A DNA stretch of 34,046 nucleotides. Source: a virus. Of the stretch, positions 12,119-22,367 are shown piece by piece. How positions within the stretch are numbered: the first letter of the stretch is position 1; every line of letters begins with the position of its first letter. The position numbers were made by a program, and so were the translations under genes. The notes under the pieces are model-generated. The model saw nothing but the letters and a program-made list of their open reading frames with translations, did no database searches and had not been told where the DNA came from. The DNA lies in the IMG/VR virus record IMGVR_UViG_3300045988_161943, one strand, 5' to 3'.

Positions 12119-14007
12119 ACCCCTAAATATTTACATATTACTCTTACTCGCATACCTCCGGACGTTGTATTTCCTGTCGCCATAACTTTAAGATATTGGA
12201 CAGTAGGGTCTATCGTAATACCTGTCCCACTATATACGGATTTGTTACCGGCGGCAGAGACTGAATACACGGCTCGTGCGTTATGGATCTTCCCGCCGTA
12301 TATGAACGCCCGTTCATCCGTCCAGTTTTGCACGGTGACATTTGTCAATGCAGACGCATTGTAATTATAAACGGCCACGGCCAGAGCCACATATCCTCTC
12401 GGTACGTCGATCCGTTTATTGGCTGTTCCTTCGGCAATATCGGTAAAGAATATACCGCTGTCTACGACTATTTCGCCTTGATTCGGGACACTTTGATACG
12501 ACAGTTCTGCCGTGCCGCCCGTTGCGGTCGGAACATACGGCAGATCGAGGCCCGCGCCCGACGTGTCGCGCCACTTGTCTGCCAACAAACCGGCGGCGAT
12601 GTATTCGGCGACAAGTCCAGTGCGCATCTCACCCGACAGAGGCAGCATATACCGTTCGGGCTCGCCGCCGTTCCACAGCGTGACGACCTCCGAGGCCGTA
12701 AGGGCGTAGTTGAAGATGCGATGAAAACGGACAATTCCTTTGAAAATGTAAGCCGAGGTAAGCCGGCCGACGATATACACATTCGCATTTTGATAATTGG
12801 GAAAAACAGATGTCTGATTTGTCAGGACTCCATTTACATATACTTTCCCCGTTGTATTCGCAACATCCACCGACAGTAGCACATGGTATGATGTTTCAGG
12901 AGACACCCGACCCGCATTCATTAACTGTGACCCTATGTACGCATACATCGATCCATCAGAGACGAACAGTTGAACGTTGCTTTGGGAGCCCCTTGCAGTC
13001 GTAAATAGCCTTTGATCCGTAGTTACGTCATCTCCTGTCGTGAAACACATTTCATGTGTCCGATCCCCTTCGAACAACAATGCCGGAGCGTCTGACGAAA
13101 AATATCCATCCGAGGTATTTACGCCCGTCTGACGCCCCTGCAAAGGGGCTATCTGCGACGACTCGACGAAGCCCGTCGTGGGGTCGAGGTCGGCTTTGCC
13201 GGCGAGTGCATCGGGAATATCCGATACGGACACAGAGGTACGCATCGCCGAAAAGGTGCCTCCTGACTCTGTAATGGTCAATGCAATGTATTCCCCCGAA
13301 GATATATATTCGATTTTGAGTGTTATTTTCGGTGGCAGACCAACACCCCTTTTTACATCTACTATCACAGGAATAGATGCACCCCTGTTCGCCACAGCGG
13401 GATCGGTCGACACAACGACGATACGGTTTCGCCTGAGCAACTTCGAGCATAACTTGCGGAATGCGTCTACACCCCCGACGGCCGCACTGATCTCTTCGCT
13501 CGTACTGTCGCTATCGATGCCAAGATAACCGGAGGGAAGGGCCGTGTTATTGAGCAGATCGGCCCACTTCATCGATGATGCCGTATACGGCAGTCTCGAT
13601 AAGGTAAATGTTTCCGATGTCAACGTAAGACTGGACGGGAGCACGTATGTCTGCGATGCATAATATCCGATGACGGCCTTCGTATCGGCATGCACTCCAT
13701 ATCCTGACGGTACGAGGTATTGTCCTCCGTTATCGGGAATCCTGACAACAGGTACCGTGTGAATCGGATCCGCAACGATCCGATCGTATGCTGCCGCGAT
13801 TTCAGAGGCAGACATATCGGGCAGATAGCTGTTGTCTATGGGGCCGGCTTTGGTCAACAACACCACAGGGGTTGTGTTCCCCAGAAACTCGGCGATCTGG
13901 TCGAGCGTGGCGAAGGTGGATGTGCTATCCCCGTCCTGAATCTCTAACGCAACCGCACCGTTCAGGGTCTGAGCTTGCTGTAAGTCTTTGATCTTATAAT
14001 TTGCCAT
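12115..14007 (-). CDS. Tail fibre / receptor-binding protein with a LamG (concanavalin-like) domain.
   Basis: 630 aa. ...LFVSDGSMYAYIGSQLMNAGRVSPETSYHVLLSVDVANTTGKVYVNGVL...YIVGRL...FKGIVRFHRIFNYALTASEVVTLWNGG is a Laminin_G_3-type pattern. Confidence 0.65.
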   Translation of the reverse strand: MANYKIKDLQQAQTLNGAVALEIQDGDSTSTFATLDQIAEFLGNTTPVVLLTKAGPIDNSYLPDMSASEIAAAYDRIVADPIHTVPVVRIPDNGGQYLVPSGYGVHADTKAVIGYYASQTYVLPSSLTLTSETFTLSRLPYTASSMKWADLLNNTALPSGYLGIDSDSTSEEISAAVGGVDAFRKLCSKLLRRNRIVVVSTDPAVANRGASIPVIVDVKRGVGLPPKITLKIEYISSGEYIALTITESGGTFSAMRTSVSVSDIPDALAGKADLDPTTGFVESSQIAPLQGRQTGVNTSDGYFSSDAPALLFEGDRTHEMCFTTGDDVTTDQRLFTTARGSQSNVQLFVSDGSMYAYIGSQLMNAGRVSPETSYHVLLSVDVANTTGKVYVNGVLTNQTSVFPNYQNANVYIVGRLTSAYIFKGIVRFHRIFNYALTASEVVTLWNGGEPERYMLPLSGEMRTGLVAEYIAAGLLADKWRDTSGAGLDLPYVPTATGGTAELSYQSVPNQGEIVVDSGIFFTDIAEGTANKRIDVPRGYVALAVAVYNYNASALTNVTVQNWTDERAFIYGGKIHNARAVYSVSAAGNKSVYSGTGITIDPTVQYLKVMATGNTTSGGMRVRVICKYLGV

Positions 14008-14011
14008 AGTG

Positions 14012-14374
14012 TCATTCGGTTTTGGGTAGATCGCCCAGACGCAGGAAATCGTGTACGTTGGACGGATGTTGTCTGAGATGATGCCGAGCCGCTGCGGCCG
14101 TCAGATTCAAGTGTGTGTAGAGTTTTCCGCGATAGCGGATCACGATGCCGGATTTGAGCATGTAACCGCCGTTTGCGCCTTTCTGCTCCTTCTGCAAATA
14201 GGAGGCGATCATCGCGGCCGCATCACGGAAGCGGTTGGGACACCGGCCGCTGAAATCGGAAAGCATCGGACGCCCGAACACTTCCCGATAATCCGATTCG
14301 ATCCGCTTCTTCTCTTCCATGCACAGAGAGGTGCCCGATGCGCACCTCTCCATGTACCAGTCCAACGGTTGCAT
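14012..14374 (-). CDS. Hypothetical protein (120 aa).
   Basis: Only the C-terminal 120 codons (from MQPLDWYMERC..., ATG 14374) of the listed 301-aa ORF look protein-like. The upstream part is an Arg-rich alternative frame of the neighbouring gene. Confidence 0.5.
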   Translation of the reverse strand: MQPLDWYMERCASGTSLCMEEKKRIESDYREVFGRPMLSDFSGRCPNRFRDAAAMIASYLQKEQKGANGGYMLKSGIVIRYRGKLYTHLNLTAAAARHHLRQHPSNVHDFLRLGDLPKTE

Positions 14375-14379
14375 ACCCC

Positions 14380-14961
14380 CTATTCGGCCGGAGTACACAA
14401 TGCTTCCAGCGCGGCGCGAGAAGCGTCGATACCGCCGGCGTTGAAGAAGATCTGCGGCGTCGGTGCGTTCTGCTCGATCAGGTCGCCGCCCCAACCTCCG
14501 TTGTAGCCGTCGCCGTACTTGTCGAGCGTCACGTTCTGCATCGATGCGCCCTGTTCGTAGCCGATCACACAGAACGCCTGGCTGCCGTCCGCACCCTTCG
14601 CCTTGTTCTCGTAGATAGCGACCCAGTCCTCGTTCTTGAACGCCTCGATGTTCTGCGAGTTCGCGGGGCTGTCGGCCAGCATACGCAGCGGCAGCGTCTT
14701 GTTGATGGCGATGCCGATTTCGGCGTTCTGATCCTCGTAGATCAGCCCGTTGTAGGGCGTTTTGGCGGGAATCGAGAACCGATAGGCCCTCTTGCCGGAT
14801 TTGAGTGCGATCTTGGTGATCTTCGGTTTGGTGTAGGTCGTCGCCGATTCGTCCAGATCGGACTTCTTGATAAGATAGGCAATCTTCTCGACGCCCACCC
14901 CATAGACCGTGTTGCAATCTTGCAGGATATCGCCTGCCAGATCATTGATACATTCTGCCAT
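14380..14961 (-). CDS. Virion structural protein (193 aa), preceded by its own late promoter and a long A-rich leader.
   Basis: Intact ORF. The conserved promoter element is at 15001-15052. Confidence 0.65.
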   Translation of the reverse strand: MAECINDLAGDILQDCNTVYGVGVEKIAYLIKKSDLDESATTYTKPKITKIALKSGKRAYRFSIPAKTPYNGLIYEDQNAEIGIAINKTLPLRMLADSPANSQNIEAFKNEDWVAIYENKAKGADGSQAFCVIGYEQGASMQNVTLDKYGDGYNGGWGGDLIEQNAPTPQIFFNAGGIDASRAALEALCTPAE

Positions 14962-15000
14962 TGTTTTTTTTATTTATTATAAAAGGGTTAATTCGTGTTT

Positions 15001-15052
15001 GAAGCAAATATAGGATACGCAGGAAGGGTTCCTCCGAACTTTTCGCTGTTTT
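15001..15052 (-). promoter_or_regulatory. Late promoter site C: conserved upstream element plus a TATATTTG box.
   Basis: Minus sense: AAAAACAGCGAAAAGTTCGGAGGAACCC-N-TATATTTGCTTCAAA. There are 28 nt between GTT and TTTG, as at the other two sites. Confidence 0.6.
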
Positions 15053-17644
15053 TTACCTTTTGCGTCCGGCGTAGCGCGCCGTCTCATCCTGCACCTTGAC
15101 CCGCCGCTGACCGTTGTTTATATCCCTGACCGTCACGACAGGGTTCGGAAGCCGGCGCATCACGCGCTCGAACATCTGTTCCATCTGACGCATCCCCGAA
15201 CTCTTCTCCGGAAGATGCCGCGTCGGAATGGCGTTGCCGCCGCTCGACACGTTCATCATCGAGAGCACCGGCCCCCAATCCACGACCGCACGGGCCGTCA
15301 TCACGGCCTCGCCGTTGGACAGCCGCGCAGGGATGCTGTCGCTCGTACCCGTACCGGGGCCGGTCACAAGACCGCCGCGGGCAAATTTCGGCGTAACCGG
15401 TTTCTCGGCTTGATTCAAAACTTGGTACGCCTGCGCAATAGCGGAAAGGACAGCCGCAATCGCAACCGCCATTTTGATCGGCCGCGCGGCATTGCCTGCA
15501 ATCGCTTCGGAGATCGCCAACGCCGTATTGACACCGATATTGAACAGCGCCAACAGTTTTGCGAACTCGGCAAACTCCGCATTATCTTCGGCCAGCGTAT
15601 TGAACAGATTGGCTGCCGCACCGCTGATCGTCGACATCGCCGTCAATGTGGCGTTTAGCTGATATTCGGCCTGCTCTTTGGTAATTCTTGCCGTCTCCAA
15701 TTTCGCATCCTGAACCGCCATTTCACCATTGAGAACGGCCGTCTGGTATGCAACATCCGAATCATACAGAGATTCTTTCGTTGCTTCGTCCATGCTCAGC
15801 AATGCCTGGTATTTATCCATAGCGATGCGAAGCTCCTCCTGCGCGATCGCCCGCTGGGCGGAGAGACGTTTCCCATTATCCTCGCTTTTCAGGCCGGAAT
15901 AGTTCTCGTTCTTGACTTGCGCACGAGCCAGGGCGTCCATCTGGGCATCCATACCGAGGCGGGCCCTGATGCGCGCTTCCTCACGCGCCAACTCCTTGCG
16001 CAACGCCTCCTCGCTGTATTTTTCCTCGACGGATATTCGGTCTTTCTGATACTTTTCGTCCAGAGCCAATATCCGTTTGTTCAGCGTCTCTTTCTCTTGA
16101 AGGAGCCACGCCGCCTGCTCTCCTTCGGCGGTTTTCAGCAGGATGTCGATCTCGCTGATTCGCTTTTCTGCCGATTTTTTCGCAACCGAGTTTTGCTCAG
16201 AAATGCTTTTTAACTCGCTCTCTTTCGTCTTGGTACGCATCTGCTGGACGAGTTGGAAATAATCCTTCTCCGCTTTGAGGGCCGCATCTTTCGCTTCCTT
16301 GATGGCTTTGGCGCGGGTTTTGGCGGTTTGGGTTGCTTTTGCATCGGTTTCATTCAGACGTTCTTGCAATTCCCGCAGAGCGGAATTTTCCTGAGCATCT
16401 AGACGTTTTAACCCCGCTTCCATTTCTGCAAGTTTGTCGTTTGTCTCAACTGAATTCTTAGTCGGTTCGGCACTTAATTTCGCGATCTCGAAATCCAACT
16501 GGGCGATGTCCTTTTTGATTCTGAACATTTCCCGCGTCTTGTCTATTGCTTCCTGTGCATATTTTGCACGTTCCGCATCCGAGTTTTTCAATTTATCGTT
16601 CGATTTCAGTCGCGCATCCGCTATTTCCGCTTCGAGTTCTGCAATCCTTACGACGCCTTCCCTGTATTTGGTGTTTCGTTCTTCCTGTTTAGCGGCTAAC
16701 TCGTCGAATGTTTTTTGTAATTCATTAGCTTCAACACCTTGCCCCAAGAAGCTAATAAAACCACCTGTAAACCCCGAGCGCATTACATTTTTCGCAAGGA
16801 TTTTTAACTGCGTCCAAAACGTTTTGAATTTCGATGTCGTCTCTACCATCACTTCACCCATTCTATCGACCGAATTAGTGTAGGCTGCATTCCACGCATC
16901 TGCGGCCGACATTGCTCGCTGATTTTTGTAGAATAGTTCCTCGTTCTCCTGAATACGGGCATTTACTTCCCGAATGGAAAACGATAGCGCCTGATAGCTG
17001 GCGTAGATAGCAGCAATAGCAGCTCCGATAGGCGTAGCAATGAATGCCGCCATCTGTTTAACAAGAGACCCAATGGCACCTGCTGCACCCTTAATGACAT
17101 TCGTAACGCCTCCCGCATTTTGAGCCGTTTGCGCAAGTTGCAGCAAGAAATTGTTCCCAACAGGAAGCGTGTTCTGAATGGCATTCTCATAATTGCCGAC
17201 ATTCGAACGATAATCGCCGATTGCGGCCTCCGCCTCTTTAACGGCGTCGCGCTGCGCTTTGATATGATCTGCTAACGCTTTCCCGCTGGCGCTTTCGCGT
17301 TCGGCGGCCGATAACCTTCCATACCGCGCAATAAGGCCGTTCAGATTCGCGCGTAGTTGATTCAAAGACCCGTCAAGCTCTTTTTCGACCTTAATGTTAT
17401 TTTGAATCTCTTTTTCATACTGTCTTTGTTCATCCGTCAAGGCTTTTGTGGTAGACTTCAATTCTAATTGTGCCTTTTTATAATCGGACAGCGAAATTTG
17501 GCCGGTCTCGTACTCTTTTTTGAGGTCGGCCAAAATCTTCTTATTGTCTTCAATAGCTTCGTTGGCTTTTACCCAACCCTGAACGAGTTCCTTATAATTG
17601 AAGCGAATATTAATAATCTTATCGATCGAATCTTGTGTAGCCAT
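15053..17644 (-). CDS. Tape measure protein (863 aa).
   Basis: Long coiled-coil sequence, hydrophobic Ala/Gly-rich segments, and a C-terminal GGLVTGPGTGTSDSIPARLSNGEAVMT motif common in tape-measure proteins. Confidence 0.75.
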   Translation of the reverse strand: MATQDSIDKIINIRFNYKELVQGWVKANEAIEDNKKILADLKKEYETGQISLSDYKKAQLELKSTTKALTDEQRQYEKEIQNNIKVEKELDGSLNQLRANLNGLIARYGRLSAAERESASGKALADHIKAQRDAVKEAEAAIGDYRSNVGNYENAIQNTLPVGNNFLLQLAQTAQNAGGVTNVIKGAAGAIGSLVKQMAAFIATPIGAAIAAIYASYQALSFSIREVNARIQENEELFYKNQRAMSAADAWNAAYTNSVDRMGEVMVETTSKFKTFWTQLKILAKNVMRSGFTGGFISFLGQGVEANELQKTFDELAAKQEERNTKYREGVVRIAELEAEIADARLKSNDKLKNSDAERAKYAQEAIDKTREMFRIKKDIAQLDFEIAKLSAEPTKNSVETNDKLAEMEAGLKRLDAQENSALRELQERLNETDAKATQTAKTRAKAIKEAKDAALKAEKDYFQLVQQMRTKTKESELKSISEQNSVAKKSAEKRISEIDILLKTAEGEQAAWLLQEKETLNKRILALDEKYQKDRISVEEKYSEEALRKELAREEARIRARLGMDAQMDALARAQVKNENYSGLKSEDNGKRLSAQRAIAQEELRIAMDKYQALLSMDEATKESLYDSDVAYQTAVLNGEMAVQDAKLETARITKEQAEYQLNATLTAMSTISGAAANLFNTLAEDNAEFAEFAKLLALFNIGVNTALAISEAIAGNAARPIKMAVAIAAVLSAIAQAYQVLNQAEKPVTPKFARGGLVTGPGTGTSDSIPARLSNGEAVMTARAVVDWGPVLSMMNVSSGGNAIPTRHLPEKSSGMRQMEQMFERVMRRLPNPVVTVRDINNGQRRVKVQDETARYAGRKR

Positions 17645-17648
17645 AATT

Positions 17649-19781
17649 TTACAGTTTAATCAATTTACACTCGCATATACCGTCCTCACCGGTCGTGACG
17701 GAGTAGATGGCGAAATAGCATCCGTACACATCGAGGTAAACCCGCCGCGTATAGTCGAGATTGCAGATGTCGGCCACGGTCAGTTTGACGTAGACCGTAA
17801 TCATGCGGAACTTTTTCAGGATCCGCTGGTGGGCTGCATACCGTTTCGCCACGATACCCTCCGACCCGCCGAAATACATCGTGCGGGGGAAGTATCCGTA
17901 TTCGAAATGCGCCAAACCGTCGGATGTAGTTATTTTCAAGGCGAGAATCCGAGGTGAAGGCTCGTTATAGGTTACACCGGTGGTATTTCCGTCTTTATCC
18001 TTTTTGACATCGTAGCATGGAACTACGGCAAATGTCGTCTTGTCGTGGATGCTGTCCGTATTGTTGATGAAACGATTGGCCGAAGCCGAGAAATTCAATG
18101 ATACCAATTCGTTCTCCAGCTCGATGTTCTCGTTGTCGATGGAGATGATACCCTGCGTGTTCAACATCTCGGCGTCCTCGTCGTTGTCGTAGTCGAGCGT
18201 GTTGGTCTGGGCATAATCCCCCATCGTGAACTCCGTCCCCTCCGGCCGCCAGATTTCGCCCCGATCGTTCAGAATCACTTTGCGGCTCCAATCCTGAATC
18301 GTTGCGCCGAGATGACTGTCGACGATTCGTCTGTCGGTCCGCGTGTTCGGCGTCCGTCTGCCTCCCGAGCCGACGATGCGGTAATCGTAGCCGATCGTCT
18401 TCGTCGAATTATAGAACTGATCGGGCGACATCATGCGGATCGTATTGCTATCCGAACTGTCCGGATAGGCGAAAAGTCCGGCCATTGTCATCAATGCCAA
18501 CAGGAACTCCGCGTGCGTCATATCCGGCAGGTTCTCGGCAATCGGAAACGGAGAGGGAAACGATATATCGTCGAAATGGGGCGTAATGATGAACCGGGCC
18601 GAAACGAGAGTTTGATCGCCACCGCTCGTAACGAAATTTTCCAAACTCCACCAGATCACATTGTATTCCTCGACGTCGACTTCTTCCTTGTTGAATATAT
18701 CCGACAAGGCGAAAATGACTCTGTTACCTATTCCGCTTCCCGAATCATGAGCTGACAGCAACACCCGCTCTGTGCCATCTGTTTTGCGGCCGGCAAGACG
18801 CAATTCGACCGGTTTCGTCGCATCCTGTCGATGTCCGTTAAAAACAATAGGCCTCCTGTCATAACTAAGTATCGACACGTCTACTACTTTTGTATTGGCA
18901 ATATAGAACTCTTTATATCTTTTCACCTCCGAAGGCAAGCCCTCATTTATTACATCTTCGACAACAATCCCTCTCTTATCCCATACCATATTATCCTTTT
19001 GATAAAACAGCGGATAATATCCATTATCGCTATTCGTAAAATAGGCGGAACTTGCCTCGAACCGATCCAAGTACCAGCTATCCGGCCCTGAGTTTTTCGA
19101 CACGAGCGGAATTAACAAATCATGACCGTCTATTCGACTTAGTGCAGTTTTGCCTTCTATTATAATTCCGTGGTACCGTTCTATTGCGTTTAATACGGCT
19201 TCCACGTAGATAGACGGATGCGTATATTTCCAGTATTGGCGGCTTTCTCCGGGTATGTACCAGTTACCGGAAGAGTCTTTTGCATATTCGATAAGCGATG
19301 CGCCGAAATCAACTGCGATAAAACCGGTATACGGAGAAACCGGGCTATTCCTAAGTAAATAGCTTGTATCTTCATTCCACTCGACATAATCCGCTCCCGC
19401 CACCTCGATGATCTGCTCGCGCAGATCGCGCAGCGAAGCGTCGAACAACGGCTGGAAGTTGTCGATGTTGCCCCACACGAGTGTGATGTTGATCGTGTCG
19501 GTTACGTCCGTAACCATCGCATACCCCCGCGTGAAGATCGGGAATCCGCCGAGGTAGTACGCTGCCGAATGCTTCCTGTATGCCGCCGAATCGTTCAAGA
19601 TGTCGATGCGGTCGATCAGACCGAAGGCCTTGCGGTTGCGGGGTGTCAGTGGCAGATTGATCTCCGCGCTGCGGTTGCTCTGGATCACGTCGAGATCGTT
19701 GAAGACCGGCGACTGGAAGATCAGCGACGGAGTATCTTTCAGATCGCACAACTGACCGTTTATGTAGAGTTCCTTCGTCAT
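17649..19781 (-). CDS. Large tail-associated structural protein (710 aa).
   Basis: The start MTKELYINGQ... at 19781 is supported by an ATGA overlap (19778-19781). The track start at 19877 is an out-of-context extension. Confidence 0.65.
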   Translation of the reverse strand: MTKELYINGQLCDLKDTPSLIFQSPVFNDLDVIQSNRSAEINLPLTPRNRKAFGLIDRIDILNDSAAYRKHSAAYYLGGFPIFTRGYAMVTDVTDTINITLVWGNIDNFQPLFDASLRDLREQIIEVAGADYVEWNEDTSYLLRNSPVSPYTGFIAVDFGASLIEYAKDSSGNWYIPGESRQYWKYTHPSIYVEAVLNAIERYHGIIIEGKTALSRIDGHDLLIPLVSKNSGPDSWYLDRFEASSAYFTNSDNGYYPLFYQKDNMVWDKRGIVVEDVINEGLPSEVKRYKEFYIANTKVVDVSILSYDRRPIVFNGHRQDATKPVELRLAGRKTDGTERVLLSAHDSGSGIGNRVIFALSDIFNKEEVDVEEYNVIWWSLENFVTSGGDQTLVSARFIITPHFDDISFPSPFPIAENLPDMTHAEFLLALMTMAGLFAYPDSSDSNTIRMMSPDQFYNSTKTIGYDYRIVGSGGRRTPNTRTDRRIVDSHLGATIQDWSRKVILNDRGEIWRPEGTEFTMGDYAQTNTLDYDNDEDAEMLNTQGIISIDNENIELENELVSLNFSASANRFINNTDSIHDKTTFAVVPCYDVKKDKDGNTTGVTYNEPSPRILALKITTSDGLAHFEYGYFPRTMYFGGSEGIVAKRYAAHQRILKKFRMITVYVKLTVADICNLDYTRRVYLDVYGCYFAIYSVTTGEDGICECKLIKL

Positions 19782-20749
19782 AGCGTCAAGTGCTTTATCG
19801 AAAGTTCTACCACGCAGTCCTGCATGCAGGCATTCGTCCGCGAGATGTCGCCGTCTTCGACATAGGCGTCGATCCACACCTTCCGCCGGGCGTCGTACAG
19901 CTGCACCTCACGTCCGGAGAGAATCGATGCGCACAGGTCGAACAGTTCGCGGTCGACCAGTCCGCTATGGAGCGTATGGGTCGTGGTCGCCGTGATCGTG
20001 CGGTGGCGTTCGGGTGTCAGTTTCTCGGAGAGCGTTTCGAAGGTCTCGTCTTCGGATACGTCGTCGACGCGCTCGGTCGGATGCCAGAGAAAGTAACGCA
20101 TCAATCCCGTTGCATCGCGCCAGCGCACGAACGATCCGCTGTCGCAAGGATTCACCACGACCGTCAGACGCGCGCTCTTCACGGCGCCGGTCGTGCCGCC
20201 CGTCGAGACGATCAACTGCCGCTCGCCGCCTCCGAATTCGCGGAAGAAGGTCATCGGAAGGAAGAACACGGGATCGACACGCGAATAGACCTCCCGCCGG
20301 CCGCTGTCGGCATCGATGAAAGCGAAGTCCTGCATGGTGCCCGTATAGGAGTTGACGAGGATCTGCTCGCTGTAATCGAACGCCGGAAAGACCACGATCT
20401 TCGACGGCTGGGGCCAGCTGATCGGGGTATCGGCCTGCGCATTGTTCGTCATCGCGCGCGCCGACGCCCCTTTGAGCAGATAGAGCGGCGACGAGGCAAT
20501 CGCCTGCCCGTCTACTTCGAGGCTGATCGTCGTTTGCGCATTCCCGTCCTGTGCGATGATTTCGAACAGATCGTCCATCGGGAATACGGCCGAACCGTTG
20601 ATGATCGAACGCACCAACGTATAGCCGCCGACTTTGACAACGGCCGCACTGTATGTCGGCGCTTCGCTGACTCCGACCGTATTGTAGTTTCTCGCCAGCG
20701 AAATGGCGGGTGTTAATCTATATTTAGACATAATCACTGATTGTTTCAT
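19778..20749 (-). CDS. Structural protein (323 aa), tail module.
   Basis: Intact ORF in the late operon. Confidence 0.6.
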   Translation of the reverse strand: MKQSVIMSKYRLTPAISLARNYNTVGVSEAPTYSAAVVKVGGYTLVRSIINGSAVFPMDDLFEIIAQDGNAQTTISLEVDGQAIASSPLYLLKGASARAMTNNAQADTPISWPQPSKIVVFPAFDYSEQILVNSYTGTMQDFAFIDADSGRREVYSRVDPVFFLPMTFFREFGGGERQLIVSTGGTTGAVKSARLTVVVNPCDSGSFVRWRDATGLMRYFLWHPTERVDDVSEDETFETLSEKLTPERHRTITATTTHTLHSGLVDRELFDLCASILSGREVQLYDARRKVWIDAYVEDGDISRTNACMQDCVVELSIKHLTL

Positions 20750-21287
20750 TCAACATCGTAAACACGCTGCGGTCGAGCTGCTCGGAGAGTTGCCGGTCGA
20801 TGTCGTCCACGGCCGGCTGCAACAGGTCGAACAGGATCTCCGTACCGCCGCCCTCGCGGTAGAGCACCGTGCCCTTGCTCCATACGTTCGCCGCCACGGC
20901 GTAGGCGTCGATCTCCTCGATGCCGTAGAGCCCCTCTTTGGCCTGCGCCCATCGTTCGATCGCAAGGAGAAAGGCATCGAAGGAGGCGTATTGCGCCTGC
21001 ACATCGCCCGCAGAATACCCCTCATCGACGCCGGCGATCCCCTGCCGGCCGACGAACGCCGCTTCGAAACCGTCGTCGTTCTGTTCGACCTGCGTTTGGA
21101 GCGATGCCGCCGTCGCGCCCGTGGCCCATTCCGGCACGCCGAGGCTGTTGACCCGCTTTCCGCTGCTGCCCGTCTTCGTTTGCAGATTCGCCACGACCTG
21201 CGTGCGCAGCGTATCGAACCGCGCTTCGCACACCTCGATGAATCGCTGCGGATCGAAATAGCGCAGTATCTTGTCGATCCTATCCAT
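20724..21287 (-). CDS. Structural/assembly protein (187 aa).
   Basis: Intact ORF with protein-like composition. The competing frames 20750..21322 and 20746..20952 are Arg-rich nonsense. Confidence 0.6.
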   Translation of the reverse strand: MDRIDKILRYFDPQRFIEVCEARFDTLRTQVVANLQTKTGSSGKRVNSLGVPEWATGATAASLQTQVEQNDDGFEAAFVGRQGIAGVDEGYSAGDVQAQYASFDAFLLAIERWAQAKEGLYGIEEIDAYAVAANVWSKGTVLYREGGGTEILFDLLQPAVDDIDRQLSEQLDRSVFTMLNETISDYV

Positions 21288-21774
21288 TGTTGCAGGTCGA
21301 ATAGGTCATCGTCGCCTCGCATTCGACTCCGCAGACCAGCTGATCGAATCGGGCGGCGAACGGGGTGATCTTCGTGACCTGCACCTCGACTCCCCGATCC
21401 CGCAATGCCTCGAAAAACTCCGCCGAGCGGTCGATCATCTCCTCGACGATCGGCATGACCTGCGTCGCGGTATCGGGTTCCGCTTCGCCGAGGTCGCCGC
21501 AGAAGAGGAACTTCGAGGCGCGCTTGTAGACGCCATCGAGATCCGTCGGCGTGATCATCTCGAAGAATTGCCGCACGACGACCGGATACTCCGTGATCGT
21601 TCCCAGGATGTAGTTCGTCTCTTTAAGGCGGGCATAGATATACGAACCGAAGCCGCACGCCCCGGCGGCCTTGTCGATATGGTCGTTCAGCGAGTTTATC
21701 TTCACTCCCACGATACGGCGGGCCGGCGGCGTCTGCCCGACGACCCTGTACTCGTATTCCTTGTTGTCGGTCAT
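21280..21774 (-). CDS. Structural/assembly protein (164 aa).
   Basis: ATGA overlap with the upstream gene (21771-21774). Confidence 0.6.
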   Translation of the reverse strand: MTDNKEYEYRVVGQTPPARRIVGVKINSLNDHIDKAAGACGFGSYIYARLKETNYILGTITEYPVVVRQFFEMITPTDLDGVYKRASKFLFCGDLGEAEPDTATQVMPIVEEMIDRSAEFFEALRDRGVEVQVTKITPFAARFDQLVCGVECEATMTYSTCNNG

Positions 21775-22367
21775 CTTCTTTTGATTTTAGAGGTTTGTAT
21801 CCTGCTGAGATTGCGCTGCTCGATCACGTCGTTCGTCGTCGACTCGAAGGCTTCGTAGACGACGCTCCACTCCATGCCGTAGACCGACGCGGGCGATACG
21901 GCGCCGTTCATGATCTGCACGTACTTGCGCACCACGGCGGCGATGCCTCGGTCGGGGCGGTCGATCTGCGCCTGCCGCTCCTCGTCGGTCGGTTCGATTT
22001 TCAGATCGGCGAATCTCTTCGAGATGGCCGCGAGCGTGTCCATGCAGTGCAGAAAGTAGCGGTACGCACGGATGAACCGCAAATCCGCGACCTTCTCTTT
22101 CGGGATGCCGAGCATTTGCGACAACACGTTGACGAAGTAATCGGTGGAGCGATTCGTCTCGTTCAGCACCGCCAGATCGCGCATCGTCATGTGCTTCGGA
22201 TCGCGGGCCGCAATGCGCCTGTCCGGCAGCCACCGCCGATGCAGTACGCAGCATTCCGGTTCCGCCCGTCTCTTGATCTCTTCTGCAAACCGACGGCTTT
22301 CGAGGTTGAACAATGCCGCCCTGCCGATGATGATGTCCCGAACGGTATCGGTCGATTTGACGATCAT
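21771..22367 (-). CDS. Structural/assembly protein (198 aa).
   Basis: The start MIVKSTDT at 22367 is supported by an ATGA overlap (22364-22367). Confidence 0.6.
   Translation of the reverse strand: MIVKSTDTVRDIIIGRAALFNLESRRFAEEIKRRAEPECCVLHRRWLPDRRIAARDPKHMTMRDLAVLNETNRSTDYFVNVLSQMLGIPKEKVADLRFIRAYRYFLHCMDTLAAISKRFADLKIEPTDEERQAQIDRPDRGIAAVVRKYVQIMNGAVSPASVYGMEWSVVYEAFESTTNDVIEQRNLSRIQTSKIKRR

Noticed and set aside
12115-14007. A diversity-generating retroelement targeting the fibre gene.
   Set aside because: No reverse transcriptase gene is present, and I found no template/variable repeat pair anywhere in the 34 kb.
14012-14917. Full 301-aa version of ORF 14012..14917.
   Set aside because: The N-terminal 181 residues are an Arg/Gln-rich alternative frame overlapping the credible 193-aa gene 14380..14961. 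Only the last 120 codons (from the ATG at 14374) were kept.
20750-22254. Arg-rich minus-strand ORFs 20750..21322, 20746..20952, 21022..21231 and 21787..22254.
   Set aside because: They are out-of-frame overlaps of better ORFs (20724..21287, 21771..22367). Their composition is dominated by R, A and G, as expected for wrong frames.
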